From a virus (Duplodnaviria; Caudoviricetes), in the IMG/VR virus record IMGVR_UViG_3300028914_000064, positions 32,001 through 96,000 of that record: 64,000 nucleotides of DNA; one strand, given 5' to 3'. Positions 40,021 to 51,539 of this stretch are shown here, piece after piece. The notes under the pieces were generated by a model, which was not told where the DNA came from, searched no databases, and saw nothing but the letters and a program-made list of their open reading frames with translations. Made by a program: the position numbers and the translations under genes. The first letter of the stretch is position 1, and each line of letters starts with the position of its first letter.

Positions 40021-41315
40021 TATATTCTTTACTCGCTTTCATCCTATTTTGAAGATTTTTGTTTTTTCCAAAATAAAACAAGGTTTCTCAAACTTATTAT
40101 TCCACAAGTAAAAACCCAAGCTGCTAATAAAACAGAAGCTATAAAAGGAAATAAAGCTCTTTTTTTTAAAAATATTATTCCCCATGCAAGATCCCTACCA
40201 CTGCACACAAAACAGAACAATGTAATGAAAATAGAGGTAATAAATAATATAATGTCCTTTTTTTTATTCATGGAGACTCCTTTTTATCATTTGTTATTAT
40301 TTCAAAATAATCACATTTTTAATGATATCATATTTATCTCCAATAAAAATATAATTGAGTCAGTCAATCATATCATTTTTGTTCTTTTTTCAATTGTTCC
40401 TGTGCTAATTCAAAAGCTAACATATATAATTCTAAGATACCGGTTTCTTCTTTGCCTATTTCGTCAATCCATTCGAAACAATCTTCATCTATTTTTTTCA
40501 GTATTTCATAGGCTGCTTCTCCCAATCCCCTTTCTTCATCTAAATCATAAAGAATATCTTGAATTATATTTTCTTTAAGTTCTTCCTCGGATATTTCTTG
40601 GTCATCCCATAAAAAATTTAGATATAAATCATAATCCATAAAACGTTCTATCAAGTCTTTTTTCCCTTTGTCATAATTATATTCATAAAAGGGTCTATTA
40701 TGACAATTTACTTTACTTTCAAAATATCCAGTATTATGCACGAAATCAGAAAAACCTTCATAACACATATTATAATAATTAGTAGCAATCAGTTCTCCCA
40801 AATCGCCAGATATATGCAATCTATAAAAGTCTTCCTCAAAAAGAAATCTGATTCTAAAATGAGATGATTTGGGATTTGCAAAATCAAGTATTTTAATATT
40901 GCCCAAATCTTTTAAACTAGCAACATGGTCTTTAAAGAATTCTTTTTGTTGTTCAATATTAAATCTCATTGATCTTTTTCCTCTCCTTCCAAATTTTGAT
41001 CGAGGTTATTTTGATCTTCTTCAATACGGATTCCGTCATTTATGTAAATATATTCAGACATTTCTAAGATACGAGCTCCACAATATGGACAAAAAACATA
41101 GTCTTTATTTTTTTCGGGATCCCAAAAGCCTTGACAATTATGACAATAATAATCTGTATCAATGCCATTTTCTGTTTCAAGTTCTTTTTTTTCAATATAT
41201 GTTGTATGTTCAGGAGCTATTATTTTAAGCTCTTCCAAACAATAATTATAGCCTTTATCAAAATCATCTAATACTGCACGTTTATATTCTGTTAAGTTTT
41301 CGATATAAGTAAGTC

Positions 41316-42785
41316 TCATACAGAGCCTCCTCTATGATCGTTTTTAATTGTACAATACCCTAGTTCATTCCATTTGTTCCATTGTGCATCCCATTGATAT
41401 ATAATCTGATTTGAATCTTCATCGTTCCTTGTCTTATTGATAAAGATAACTACATATTTCTTTTCTGGATCTAAAGAAATGTAATCTTTTCTATTATGTT
41501 CTTTATCCCATCTCCAAGCACGACAATCATTTTTTTCTCCTGTATATTCATCGTTCCATAATCTTCTCATCATGATTAGTTCTGATACGACTTCTTTTAC
41601 TTGCTTTGAACCGGCTAAGCAACTTGCATCAAGAAATCGTTGATTAGTCGTATATAAAGCTTGTTGAAAAGTCATAACCATACTTACATCAAGTTTAGAA
41701 ACTAAATTGAATACTCTTCTGGAGTTTTTTAGAAGTTGAAGCCATTCTTCCTTTCCGTTTGAGATATCATCATTTTTAAAAGTATCCCAAATGAAACATT
41801 TATATCCTTTAAGAGCTAATTTTTTCATATACTGCATAAGTATAGTTGTATTATTATCAAAGAGCTTAACAAACTTAATATTATTATATTTCTTTTGAGA
41901 TATTTCAGCTGCTTTTTTTATCATTTCCTCTTCTTCTTCGCTGAATTTCCCTATCTTGAGTTTTTTTCTGGTCAGCTTATAATAATTCAGATCATGTGTT
42001 AGGATATGTATTAAGAGTAAATGTTTATAAGCTTTTGACTTCATTTCATTTGAGAATACAACAACCGGAGTTCCGTTATTTGCAAGTGCAATTGCCATAT
42101 TTTCAAAAGCGAAACTTGTTTTACCTCCACCGGAAGCACCAGAGATTAAATAGCAATCTCCTAAGGGAAGACCTAGAGTAATATAATTTAATATTGGACA
42201 AGCATTACCATAATATATTCCATTTGAGTCTCCTTTTTTACAGCTTTCTATAAAATCTTCATCAATAACAAGATTTTCTACTTCTACTCCATGAGAAGAA
42301 GACATTGCAATAGAATTATTCAATGCTTCAAAGATTTCATAAACATCATCATTTGATGCAGCAGAGAGTTGTTCTATTTTATTATTAAAAAGATCCTCAT
42401 ATTTTTCTGCGATACATACTAGAGAATTCATTTTTGTAATTGAATCATAGTAACTTGCAACGTTATCGCAATCTATAAGTTCTTCCAGGTCTTTAATGGG
42501 TTGATATCCACCATAACGATCATACTTTTTTTTAATTTCCGGTTGGTCAGACAAAAAAGTTTCAAGTGTTATCGCATCAAAATGACGTATTCCTTGTTCA
42601 TACATAGCCCGACCAAGATTCCAATAAAACTTGGCATCTTCATTTCTTAGTGTTTTATCTCCATTAATGTTGACATCCTTATATTCAGAATACAGATCAG
42701 GATTTCCCCAACATGCAAAGACAAAACAAGCTTCTTTTTTTTCGCGATCTTTATTTATCTTTTTAAGTGTTTCTTTTAAATCCAC
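41316..42785 (-). CDS. Replicative DnaB-like helicase
   Basis: Walker A GASGGGKTS, FSNEM, WDTFK, KTRN motifs. Confidence 0.88.
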   Translation of the reverse strand: MDLKETLKKINKDREKKEACFVFACWGNPDLYSEYKDVNINGDKTLRNEDAKFYWNLGRAMYEQGIRHFDAITLETFLSDQPEIKKKYDRYGGYQPIKDLEELIDCDNVASYYDSITKMNSLVCIAEKYEDLFNNKIEQLSAASNDDVYEIFEALNNSIAMSSSHGVEVENLVIDEDFIESCKKGDSNGIYYGNACPILNYITLGLPLGDCYLISGASGGGKTSFAFENMAIALANNGTPVVVFSNEMKSKAYKHLLLIHILTHDLNYYKLTRKKLKIGKFSEEEEEMIKKAAEISQKKYNNIKFVKLFDNNTTILMQYMKKLALKGYKCFIWDTFKNDDISNGKEEWLQLLKNSRRVFNLVSKLDVSMVMTFQQALYTTNQRFLDASCLAGSKQVKEVVSELIMMRRLWNDEYTGEKNDCRAWRWDKEHNRKDYISLDPEKKYVVIFINKTRNDEDSNQIIYQWDAQWNKWNELGYCTIKNDHRGGSV

Positions 42786-43280
42786 TTATATATCCCCCAA
42801 GATATTGGTAATATGATCTTCTCCTTTGCATATAACTATGCCCACATCTAAATTCTCTGGTGGTATGATCGGATTTTCTTTTTCTGTCTGATTGTTATGA
42901 TTTTGAAATTCTTTAAAAATATCGATGACAGAGTTCTTAAGTATACCTTGGTAATATAGAAGGCGATGAACTTCCGAATCAAATTTTTTATTTGCATTGG
43001 CCCAAATAAAATTTTTTTTATTTCTTAATATAGTTTCGTAAAGAACGTCATAGCCCATTGCTTTACCTAAGCTATTGATTATCTTATTTAAAATAGGTGG
43101 AACTATAGCATATTCTGCTATTGAACAGATAGTATCAATGCAGAGGTTCCTATATTCTGCATCTTTTTTTACTTTTAGATAGGTTTTTTCATCAATATAA
43201 TACTTTCCATTGGGAGCTTTATAGAAAGTATCTGAAGTACCCCATTCTTTTGTAACCTGACATCTAACTTTTCTTGCCAT
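42786..43280 (-). CDS. Hypothetical replication-region protein (possible helicase loader)
   Basis: Abuts helicase gene; function inferred from position only. Confidence 0.65.
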   Translation of the reverse strand: MARKVRCQVTKEWGTSDTFYKAPNGKYYIDEKTYLKVKKDAEYRNLCIDTICSIAEYAIVPPILNKIINSLGKAMGYDVLYETILRNKKNFIWANANKKFDSEVHRLLYYQGILKNSVIDIFKEFQNHNNQTEKENPIIPPENLDVGIVICKGEDHITNILGDI

Positions 43281-43301
43281 AGAATTCTCCCATTATGCAT
43301 A

Positions 43302-43325
43302 AAGGCGAGAATTTTTTCTCGCCTT
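43302..43325 (-). terminator. Hairpin terminator
   Basis: AAGGCGAGAA-tttt-TTCTCGCCTT. Confidence 0.65.
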
Positions 43326-43329
43326 CGTT

Positions 43330-44460
43330 TCACGCATCAACAAGAAGACTAAGAATATTTTCTAAGCATTTTGTTGGTAATTCTTCCGGATTCTTGAAAG
43401 AAGATAATCCATTTTCTTTCATATATTTTTTAACTATTTCTTGAACTTCTGTAGTAGCTGATATCATTTCAGATTTGATTTCATAAATAAGTTCAATGTT
43501 TTTTTCGACATTATAATTTTCTCTTTTTTCTTTTATTGCTTTAGAATTCTCAATAGCTTTCTTTTCAGATGCTTTTTCATTTTTTGCATCCTCTTTTTTC
43601 CTTTCAGTTAAAGAAATTCCTGAGCTTTCAACTTCCTTTTTAAGAGCATCTTCAATTGCTTTTATAAAATCATCTGAACTAAAAGGAATCTCTTCAACAA
43701 TGTGGGGAAGTCTTCCACCCGCATCAACTACATAACTGGAATCTCTAAATTTAATTTTGCGGACTTCTTCTCTGACAATGTTTTTTGTTATATCTTTACC
43801 TTTTATATCTTTTTTGCCGGTCTTTTCAGTTACAATAGTTCTGTCAATATAAGCAACGGCAATAAGATCTATGTTTCTTTTAAGTCTTCCAAAATATTTT
43901 TGTGCGATATCAGAAGTCAGAAGCTGATATGTTCTATCAGAATATGGATCTTGTACTTCTTTATTCTTAATATGCATGATATAGTTTACTTTAATACCTA
44001 CATTTTCCAAACGGATAGTCATTTCGTCAAGAAGATCACCTGCCTTATCAAGGCCGCGCTGCCATCCTCCATATATTGCAGAAATACTATCTTTTTGCTC
44101 ATCGGGATTATTTTTGTTCCATATCCTTATGGCTTCGATTTCTGCTAAAGCTATCGCACTGTCCCATGTATCTATAATAATTGTCTTAAGATCTGGATAT
44201 GTTTCGATATTTTCCTCTATATCGGTAACAATCTCATCAAATTTGCTCCAAGTTTCCACATTTTCATAATTGATTCCTTCAATATGAGAAGCACCTTTTT
44301 CTCTATACATTTCAAGAAACATATATCCATTTTTGCCGGCAACTTTTTCATATACTTCTTTTAAAAGAGTTGTTTTTCCAACCTTAGGAACACCCATAAG
44401 TATGATACTTGTATCAAGCATGTTTAAAGAGACATGATTATGATGACCAAATTTTCCCAT
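43330..44460 (-). CDS. AAA_24 / Sak4-like ATPase
   Basis: GVPKVGKTT, IIIDT, YGGWQRG motifs. Confidence 0.82.
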   Translation of the reverse strand: MGKFGHHNHVSLNMLDTSIILMGVPKVGKTTLLKEVYEKVAGKNGYMFLEMYREKGASHIEGINYENVETWSKFDEIVTDIEENIETYPDLKTIIIDTWDSAIALAEIEAIRIWNKNNPDEQKDSISAIYGGWQRGLDKAGDLLDEMTIRLENVGIKVNYIMHIKNKEVQDPYSDRTYQLLTSDIAQKYFGRLKRNIDLIAVAYIDRTIVTEKTGKKDIKGKDITKNIVREEVRKIKFRDSSYVVDAGGRLPHIVEEIPFSSDDFIKAIEDALKKEVESSGISLTERKKEDAKNEKASEKKAIENSKAIKEKRENYNVEKNIELIYEIKSEMISATTEVQEIVKKYMKENGLSSFKNPEELPTKCLENILSLLVDA

Positions 44461-44478
44461 AAATTAATCCACCTTCCC

Positions 44479-45579
44479 TTAATCTCCAAAAAGATCGTCA
44501 ATATCATCATCTAGGTCTGTCTTTTTGTTTGCCTCAGTTTCTGGAGGATTCATTACATCCTGGAAACTTTCTATAGCACTTGGACTATATATATGACTTT
44601 CAAAATCCGGGTCCTCAATAGTCACCATGCCATCAGCATAATTTCCAATAAGATTAAAACCTTTATAATAGAACAATGTCTTTCGCTCTCCATAGATGTT
44701 ACCTTTGGGTTTAAAATCATTGAGTTCAGCAAGTCCTAATTTGATCATCTGCTTTTGATTATCTGTAAGCTGACTTTCATCAAATTCAACTTCTTCGTTT
44801 CCATTTGTATATGAAAGTGTGATACCAATCTGATAGTGTTTATTCTTTTTTAGTTTGCTTGCAATGTCTTTGCTTTCATCTATTGCAAGACCAATCTGCT
44901 TAAGTTGGAAATTAATCTTTTCAAAATGAATCTCATTATCTAAGTCTGCTTTATGACAATCGAATATAACCTGTTTGGATACATAAACATTTTTATGATC
45001 TTTGTCGATATATTCTTTTGTCCAACCATTAAGATAAATTTTCTTTTCTTTTTTCCAATCAGCAGAATCAACACTCTCTTTACTAAAGAAGAAATCACCA
45101 AAGACTCTTAACTGATTTTTTCTGGTATCATCATCTGCAAGTTCATACATATTTTGAATCTCAAAACGATCAGAGATTTTCCCTCTGTATTCATTCTTGC
45201 GAACTCTTCCGGTGATGGTGAATCTTTTACCTTTAATTTTATCAATGTTGTCTCTTACAAATAAAATAAAATCATATGATGATAAGAATTCATGACGTTC
45301 TTTATCAGTAAAAGATATAACATATTTATTTGTTGCAATTTTTAGGTGTTCTTCTTTGAAACGATCTTCCCAATCAATTTCATGTTCATTTTGATCGAAG
45401 TCATAAAATTTAATCTGATCGTATTTAAATCCGGGTAATTCTAAGAAAGCACGATTATTTGATGCTGCGATACATATTAGATTAAGAGTATGACCATCAT
45501 AGCCATCAATCTTTTTAAAGAATGGAACTTTTTTGTCTAGACTATTTGCTTCAATTTCTCCGATAAAATTGAATCTCAT
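44479..45579 (-). CDS. Putative phage ssDNA-binding protein
   Basis: Beta-rich with acidic tail DDDIDDLFGD; upstream of ATPase/helicase; start reassigned to MRFNFIG. Confidence 0.6.
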   Translation of the reverse strand: MRFNFIGEIEANSLDKKVPFFKKIDGYDGHTLNLICIAASNNRAFLELPGFKYDQIKFYDFDQNEHEIDWEDRFKEEHLKIATNKYVISFTDKERHEFLSSYDFILFVRDNIDKIKGKRFTITGRVRKNEYRGKISDRFEIQNMYELADDDTRKNQLRVFGDFFFSKESVDSADWKKEKKIYLNGWTKEYIDKDHKNVYVSKQVIFDCHKADLDNEIHFEKINFQLKQIGLAIDESKDIASKLKKNKHYQIGITLSYTNGNEEVEFDESQLTDNQKQMIKLGLAELNDFKPKGNIYGERKTLFYYKGFNLIGNYADGMVTIEDPDFESHIYSPSAIESFQDVMNPPETEANKKTDLDDDIDDLFGD

Positions 45580-45598
45580 ATACCTGATCTCCTTTAAA

Positions 45599-45808
45599 TC
45601 ATTCTTTTCCATTGTGTGTATGTTTACTTGCCATACATGCAAGATAATGGATATCTTTTGTTGGCGAAATTCCTTTGCTTCCACAAAAAGGGCATTGATG
45701 CTCTTCTACTTCGGAATTATAAAGTTTTCGCTTAACTATGATCGTTTCGTTCCAATAGAATTGAGATTTACATCTTGAGCAGATGCATTTAATCTTGCTA
45801 TCGTCCAT
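45599..45808 (-). CDS. Zn-ribbon hypothetical protein
   Basis: CSRC...CPFC; SD AGGAG; strong promoter upstream. Confidence 0.7.
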   Translation of the reverse strand: MDDSKIKCICSRCKSQFYWNETIIVKRKLYNSEVEEHQCPFCGSKGISPTKDIHYLACMASKHTHNGKE

Positions 45809-45838
45809 ACATCAACTCCTTTTTCTTGTGTTGTTCTA

Positions 45839-45883
45839 ATTATAACTTTGCATAAATCCCAATGTCAATGTTTAATTTTAACA
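45839..45883 (-). promoter_or_regulatory. Sigma-A promoter of the replication operon with upstream TGTTAAAATTA motif
   Basis: TTGACA-18-TATAAT; the same upstream motif and spacing occur at 17730-17750. Confidence 0.65.
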
Positions 45884-45919
45884 ATCAGAATGACTAAATG
45901 ACTTTCGGTATGAAGAAAG

Positions 45920-46195
45920 TCAAATTTGTTCAAATAGATAATAAGAACCATCCACCAAATCTAGGCGAATGCTATTATCGTTTGCTTTGATCGATTGTAT
46001 ATTTGATTTTTTTATCAACAAGAAACTATCGTCTTCATATAAGATTTCTAGATTTTTATCGTAATTCGAGCAAATACCAACTGTTTTGGATTCCCCCATC
46101 CTAACAGTTCCCATAGATTCATCAACTTCTATAACAGTTACATTTTCCATTTCGTATAAGCGTTTTAGAAACTCTGTTATATCAAGAGATTTCAT
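45920..46195 (-). CDS. Hypothetical protein
   Basis: ORF with SD. Confidence 0.7.
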   Translation of the reverse strand: MKSLDITEFLKRLYEMENVTVIEVDESMGTVRMGESKTVGICSNYDKNLEILYEDDSFLLIKKSNIQSIKANDNSIRLDLVDGSYYLFEQI

Positions 46196-46231
46196 TTTTG
46201 TATTAACCCCCTCTATTGTAAAGGCGACCGC

Positions 46232-47155
46232 TTATTTACAATATTCCCCATATTTCATAAGCCATTTAGGAATAGAAGGAATCGGACCATACTTAATTTC
46301 CATTTCAGCTTTGTAGTCTCTCAAAACCTGCTCAGCACTTATCTCATATTTCTTCATATGTGTAATTATCCAATCAATTCTTCCTGATTCGAATAGTGAA
46401 GTAATAGAGATAGTTTTTGGCACAAAATCATATCGTTTTGATTTGCGCATAATTCTGTATATAATATTTACTCTTTCTGAAGTATCGGTCTCGAATCCAA
46501 CCTCTTTAGAACATTTAATAATACGGTCGTCTGCATCTAAGAGTTTGCCTCGTGATACAGGCTCTCCATAGATGTTGTACATCTGATATTCATTAGATGA
46601 CTGTTCGGCATAATGAATAAGTTTGGAACTTACAGAAATTACCCTGCCAGATAATTGTAGCATTTTTTTGTCCAAAATAAAATCAGAAACTTTTAAATCA
46701 AAGAAATCAGACATTTGTTCTCCCTTGATTCCTTCAAATATACCTAAGTATAAAAATTGTTCATAAGGATTTGCGAAATCAACAATCATAGAAAGTAACT
46801 GGTTTCTTGAAAGAATATTGCTATTAAATCCGGCATATGAGACACAATTTAATAAAATATCAGATCTCATTTCCCTATAGTGATTTTGATTATCTATATT
46901 GTCTATGTTTTTCATGTACCAATTTGTGTAATTTAAGAACTGATTGTTTATCACTATCAACATATCTAGTGATGCAGTGCAAAAACTCTTATACATTGCT
47001 ATTATTTCCGGAGTAGTAAATTGGCTAAGATCCTTTTTAAACCTGGATTCCGTTTCCTCCGCCCTGTTGAAATAATTTGTCATTACTTTATCAAAATTTA
47101 AATTATTATTAGGATTCAATTCTATGTAATCCTTCTTCGTTAAGGCGTTAAACAT
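46232..47155 (-). CDS. Catalytically degenerate integrase-fold protein, SPbeta YopR/MrpR-like repressor
   Basis: KDL..FT..EI, FEGIKG, SLFESGRI; lacks the catalytic R and HxxR; third gene of the triad. Confidence 0.7.
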   Translation of the reverse strand: MFNALTKKDYIELNPNNNLNFDKVMTNYFNRAEETESRFKKDLSQFTTPEIIAMYKSFCTASLDMLIVINNQFLNYTNWYMKNIDNIDNQNHYREMRSDILLNCVSYAGFNSNILSRNQLLSMIVDFANPYEQFLYLGIFEGIKGEQMSDFFDLKVSDFILDKKMLQLSGRVISVSSKLIHYAEQSSNEYQMYNIYGEPVSRGKLLDADDRIIKCSKEVGFETDTSERVNIIYRIMRKSKRYDFVPKTISITSLFESGRIDWIITHMKKYEISAEQVLRDYKAEMEIKYGPIPSIPKWLMKYGEYCK

Positions 47156-47156
47156 C

Positions 47157-48401
47157 TTAGTTTTCTCCTCTTTTTATTGTAGCAAGACGTTTCATATCTA
47201 TTTGTTTGATTTCTCTTGTTGCAAACATCTTTTTATTAATTGCTAATTTTTCCATACGAATAGTTTCATCATATAAATTTTTATATGATTCACCAACATA
47301 TATGTTATAGATTAATGTATATAAAAAGAATCTATTCCATGTTTTATTCATAAGTTCAGTATGATTTTCAACAAGATAATTTATTCCATCTCTAATGTCT
47401 TGTTCTGCCTTGATAATATCTTGGATTTCTTTTTGCTTTGATGTAATATTTGTTCTCTGAAAATAAGTTGCTCGAATAATTTCAGCAAGTTCGGATTTAT
47501 TAATGCATCCTCCATTTGAATTAATCGAGCCGACAAGATAAAACGTCGAATCTGTATTTAATCTTTGAACCACCTTATTTGCCGAAGATTGCAAGTTAAG
47601 ACTATTTGAATCAACTTTTGCCATCTTAGTCTTTTGGTCTTCTTGCCAAATCATTTGGCGGCATTTGTCTTCAGAATAATTTGTAACACATAAAATCATT
47701 GGATAATCAAAATCTGGATTTAAATTATAACAATTAGACATGGCAATATATCTATGATATCCATCTGTGATATCAAAATGATTCATTTTCTTTATTGTTA
47801 GTATCCCGGAATTTTGATCGTATTTAAAGACAGTATCTTCTGGCATGTTAAGAGTGATTGTATTTGGAATGTATGTTCCATTTAAATATAACTGTTCGAT
47901 ACTTTTGATCGCTTTTATATTTAAATGGATACTATAAAATTCTTCATTTCCTTTTTCTAACCGTTTCATTACTCTTTGAGTATTTTCATTATAATTGATT
48001 ATTTGAGAATCTCTTAATTTCATCAATTCTGAAACACTGGTTGCACCTATCCATTGATCTTCAGCAATTTGTTTCATGTTTAGTTCTAAAGGAAATTTAA
48101 ATTTGATTGTTTCTTGTTTCCATTTTGAAAGAGTTTTTATTTCACTCTTGGAATAATATTTTTCTAAATCAATATCAAATACTTCACCTATTGCAAATGC
48201 AATTTTATCATCAACTGCTGCAATTTTTATTCTTTGATTCAACAAATCAATAATATGTTCATTTGGAATATCATGTTTTTTACTAATTCTTTTAGAATAT
48301 GATATAACTTTCTTTTTATCACAAGCAATTAATGAAATCTTTGCAGATAATTCTTTATTATATTTTTCACGGTTGTTCACTTCTATTAACCTCCTACACA
48401 T
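47157..48401 (-). CDS. DGQHR/DndB-like domain protein, SPbeta YopQ-like
   Basis: YNENTQR, PNTITLN, ITDGYHR; lies between two integrase-fold genes. Confidence 0.75.
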   Translation of the reverse strand: MCRRLIEVNNREKYNKELSAKISLIACDKKKVISYSKRISKKHDIPNEHIIDLLNQRIKIAAVDDKIAFAIGEVFDIDLEKYYSKSEIKTLSKWKQETIKFKFPLELNMKQIAEDQWIGATSVSELMKLRDSQIINYNENTQRVMKRLEKGNEEFYSIHLNIKAIKSIEQLYLNGTYIPNTITLNMPEDTVFKYDQNSGILTIKKMNHFDITDGYHRYIAMSNCYNLNPDFDYPMILCVTNYSEDKCRQMIWQEDQKTKMAKVDSNSLNLQSSANKVVQRLNTDSTFYLVGSINSNGGCINKSELAEIIRATYFQRTNITSKQKEIQDIIKAEQDIRDGINYLVENHTELMNKTWNRFFLYTLIYNIYVGESYKNLYDETIRMEKLAINKKMFATREIKQIDMKRLATIKRGEN

Positions 48402-48438
48402 ATTTTATCTAAAAAATTTTTTTTTGCAATAATTTTAA

Positions 48439-49449
48439 TCATAGCTCTAAAAGTTGTGCTGCTTTGTCTCTTTCATTATTTTCCGTTGTGATATAACGCT
48501 GTGTTGTTTCTGCTTTTTCATGATCTAACGCACGTCTTACAAATTCAATATCACCTGTCTGTTCATATAATATACTTGCAACTCCTCCTCTTATCTTGTG
48601 AGGGCTCACATGCTTTCCAAGTGCTTCTAAGAAATATTTGTCAACAACTCTTGAGATTCCTTTACAACTAAGACGTTCTCCTTGATAGTTTAAGAATAGA
48701 GCATCACAAGGATATTTTTCAAAATACTTTCTATATTTTATCCATTTCTCTAATGTTTCTACTGTGCTATCGGTCAATGGATAAATCTGAAATTTTCCAC
48801 CTTTACCTTTATCAATTGTTACTAAGGTTTTATTTTCAAAATCGATATCACTAATATTAATAATTCTCAAAGCAGTCTCTCTCATTCCGGTTTCCATAAG
48901 TATCTTTAATATAAGAGAATTCCTATATCTATAAACTGGATCTGGTTCCATATATGCTTTATTGAGGACTAACTTAAAATCTTTCTTCTCAAGTTTTATC
49001 CTTTCCTTTTTAATTCTTTCCAGGTCATGACTCTTAGGTCTATCTATATCTATCATATAGTTCCTTTCTATATAATTTCTGATAGTAAGGAACCCAAGGA
49101 AATTTTTTAAAGCTGCATATATATTTTGTTGATAGGAACCGGATGTCTCTTTTACTGTTCCATCCATCAAAGTTTTTGTTCCAATTGAGATATAATATTT
49201 TGTTACTGATTGGGCATTGATTTCAGAACAATCAACTTCTTTTACATTGCTATTTATTGAAGAAAGAAATTTCCCTATCTTTCTAACAAAATCTCGTCTT
49301 GTTGAAGCAGTCTTCTTTGATGCATATAAATTATCATGCCATTCTATAACATAGGATGGCATGTTGTTTAATAAGTTATCTATACTTTTGGTTATCTGTA
49401 ATTCATTTTCTAATCTTGCTGGCATAAAATCATTCCTCCATTTGATCAA
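48439..49449 (-). CDS. Tyrosine recombinase, YopP-like by position
   Basis: TGMRE, DKG, HKIR, LDH, TTQRY: full R-K-H-R-H-Y set. Confidence 0.9.
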   Translation of the reverse strand: MIKWRNDFMPARLENELQITKSIDNLLNNMPSYVIEWHDNLYASKKTASTRRDFVRKIGKFLSSINSNVKEVDCSEINAQSVTKYYISIGTKTLMDGTVKETSGSYQQNIYAALKNFLGFLTIRNYIERNYMIDIDRPKSHDLERIKKERIKLEKKDFKLVLNKAYMEPDPVYRYRNSLILKILMETGMRETALRIINISDIDFENKTLVTIDKGKGGKFQIYPLTDSTVETLEKWIKYRKYFEKYPCDALFLNYQGERLSCKGISRVVDKYFLEALGKHVSPHKIRGGVASILYEQTGDIEFVRRALDHEKAETTQRYITTENNERDKAAQLLEL

Positions 49450-49912
49450 AATACATTGGAGAATCCATTGTATATGTAATATATCCTTCAGCTGTAAATA
49501 TATAACTATTAATGAATTCTGTTTCCAATAAGATGCTAATTCCTTTCATAATACTTACTATAGAAATATCTGACTCACTGAATAATAAAGCTCCATCTGG
49601 ATGATTATGCATGATTAAAAATTTTCGAGCTCCAGATAGAAGAACAGCAGTGGCTATATTTCTAGGATATACTTCGCAACCTTTGAAATCTCCTACCGAA
49701 ATTAAAAAGACTCCTATTATGTTGTCATAATAATCTGTTGTTATAAGATATACATGTTCATTATCATATTTGTTTAGCTTAATATCTTCATTAACAAAGT
49801 TTATAAATTCAATAGTTTCTTTAATATCAATTTCTTTTCTAAAAGTTTTCTTTATTAGTAATTTTGGACATTTATATTTTTCGTTTCTTCCAATATCGTA
49901 TAAGCGTATCAT
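49430..49912 (-). CDS. RadC-like JAB domain protein
   Basis: EHVY..., VYPRNI...L, HNHPDG...SESD. Confidence 0.82.
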   Translation of the reverse strand: MIRLYDIGRNEKYKCPKLLIKKTFRKEIDIKETIEFINFVNEDIKLNKYDNEHVYLITTDYYDNIIGVFLISVGDFKGCEVYPRNIATAVLLSGARKFLIMHNHPDGALLFSESDISIVSIMKGISILLETEFINSYIFTAEGYITYTMDSPMYFDQMEE

Positions 49913-51170
49913 ATCATTTTATCCTTCATAATCTATTTTTGAATCTCCTATCAAAGTTGGATCATGGCGTTTCCAAAAAGATTCTGTTTTTGCTTTGTCA
50001 ATTTTATCTTGGAATTCTTTTACTGCTTTAATTTCTTCTTCCTTTTTATACAAGTTCCATTCCAATAAATTTGAGATATGTTTATCTGTAAATCGAACAA
50101 CCTTATCATCATCTACTCTTACATAAAACGCATGGCCATTTTCATCCAATCGTACAATATATAAATCTCCAGTATGTAAGTCTTTATATCTACGGCCTCT
50201 TTTTGTTCCATCACCATAAATTATGTTTGGTGGTTCCGGTTCATAATATATCGCAGTTCTTTGTTTTGGATTGTCTTTTAATTTTTCATATTCCATTTCT
50301 CGTTGTCTTTGAGAAAGGTTTACATCTTGAATATCTTTTCCACATAACCATTTATCATAATTCGAATCACAATATACAAATCTAGCTTTACCAGTATCCA
50401 TATCAACAAGATTTCCATTATAACATACATATGTATTAGATACCTCATCGTATGTTCTTTCCCTATTTCTAATATTTTGCTTTAAATTATGAACAAAGGT
50501 ATATGTGCTATAACATAAGATGTAAACAAGGAAAAAAGCTCCAAACATTTTTACACCTCCAATCCGTACTCCTTTATCAATCTCTTTGCAAACATTGGAT
50601 TGAATTTTTTGATTGGAAAACTTATATGTCTTCCGTTTTTGTACCAAATACGATGGTCTCCAGATTGATGATCATATGTCCAACCATTCTTCTTTAATAT
50701 TTTTTCAAAATCTCTTTTTAGCATAATTCCTCCATTTCTCTAATTTTATTCTTAGTATCTGCAATTTCTTTTTTGATTTCAGTTAAAGAGGTATTGCGAT
50801 TATCTAATTCATTTATGAGTTGCTGCATGACATCTTCTCGATCAAAACTTGTAAATCCTTCTAATCTATAAATATCATTATCATCCGGGCAAATATCATT
50901 GTCTGAATTTCCTTTGACAATCGCTCTGATACTTATGAAATCAAGGGTTGTGATATCGACTTCTAAATAAAATTCATACCATCCATTATCATTTATACTA
51001 TTTGCCGTTTCATCAAAAAAAGGAATATACCCTTTTCTTTTCCTTATCCCATCTACAATAGAATCTAATTCAGTTGTGGATTGTAATTCAAAAGATATAA
51101 TGCCTTTTTCTTCATAATATAATTCATATGCATCAGTACTCAATATAATCTTCATATTCTTTCTCCCTTC

Positions 51171-51539
51171 TTAAATAAGTTTTTCCTTCAATAATTTGAG
51201 TATTTCTTTTCTTTCTTCCCAATCAAAATACATAGTATCTTTTTCATCAAGCATCCTATCAATTTTACGCAAAGCTTCTTTTCTTAAATATTCATTTTTT
51301 TCAGCAGTTTTAATAATATGATTTGTATATTCATCCTCTGCTCCACAAAATAATCTTTCATTTTTTCCATTGTTAATCAGACCAATAATTGCAATGGCAA
51401 GAGTAACAACTTCTTCATGCTTTGAATCAAGAGCCATCCATAAAAAAGCATTGATTCCTTTAGCGTTACAACCATCTAACATTGAATAATAATCAATTGC
51501 AGTATCATTTTCAAAAGGTCCAACATTCCATGCTCCCAT
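51171..51539 (-). CDS. DUF4259-like protein
   Basis: MGAW..GPFEND.A.D. Confidence 0.7.
   Translation of the reverse strand: MGAWNVGPFENDTAIDYYSMLDGCNAKGINAFLWMALDSKHEEVVTLAIAIIGLINNGKNERLFCGAEDEYTNHIIKTAEKNEYLRKEALRKIDRMLDEKDTMYFDWEERKEILKLLKEKLI

Larger units (their letters stand above)
31612..41319 (-). other. Dense array of ~30 small phage hypothetical CDS (Zn-ribbon and acidic proteins)
   Basis: Co-oriented, overlapping ORFs with SDs; repeated CxxC...CPxCG and MRxIDAD motifs typical of phage accessory genes. Confidence 0.75.

Noticed and set aside
27844-48401. iscS plus the DndB-like gene as a DNA phosphorothioation (dnd) system
   Set aside because: They are 18 kb apart, no dndC/D/E or ssp genes are in the window, and the DGxHR gene fits the YopPQR context better.
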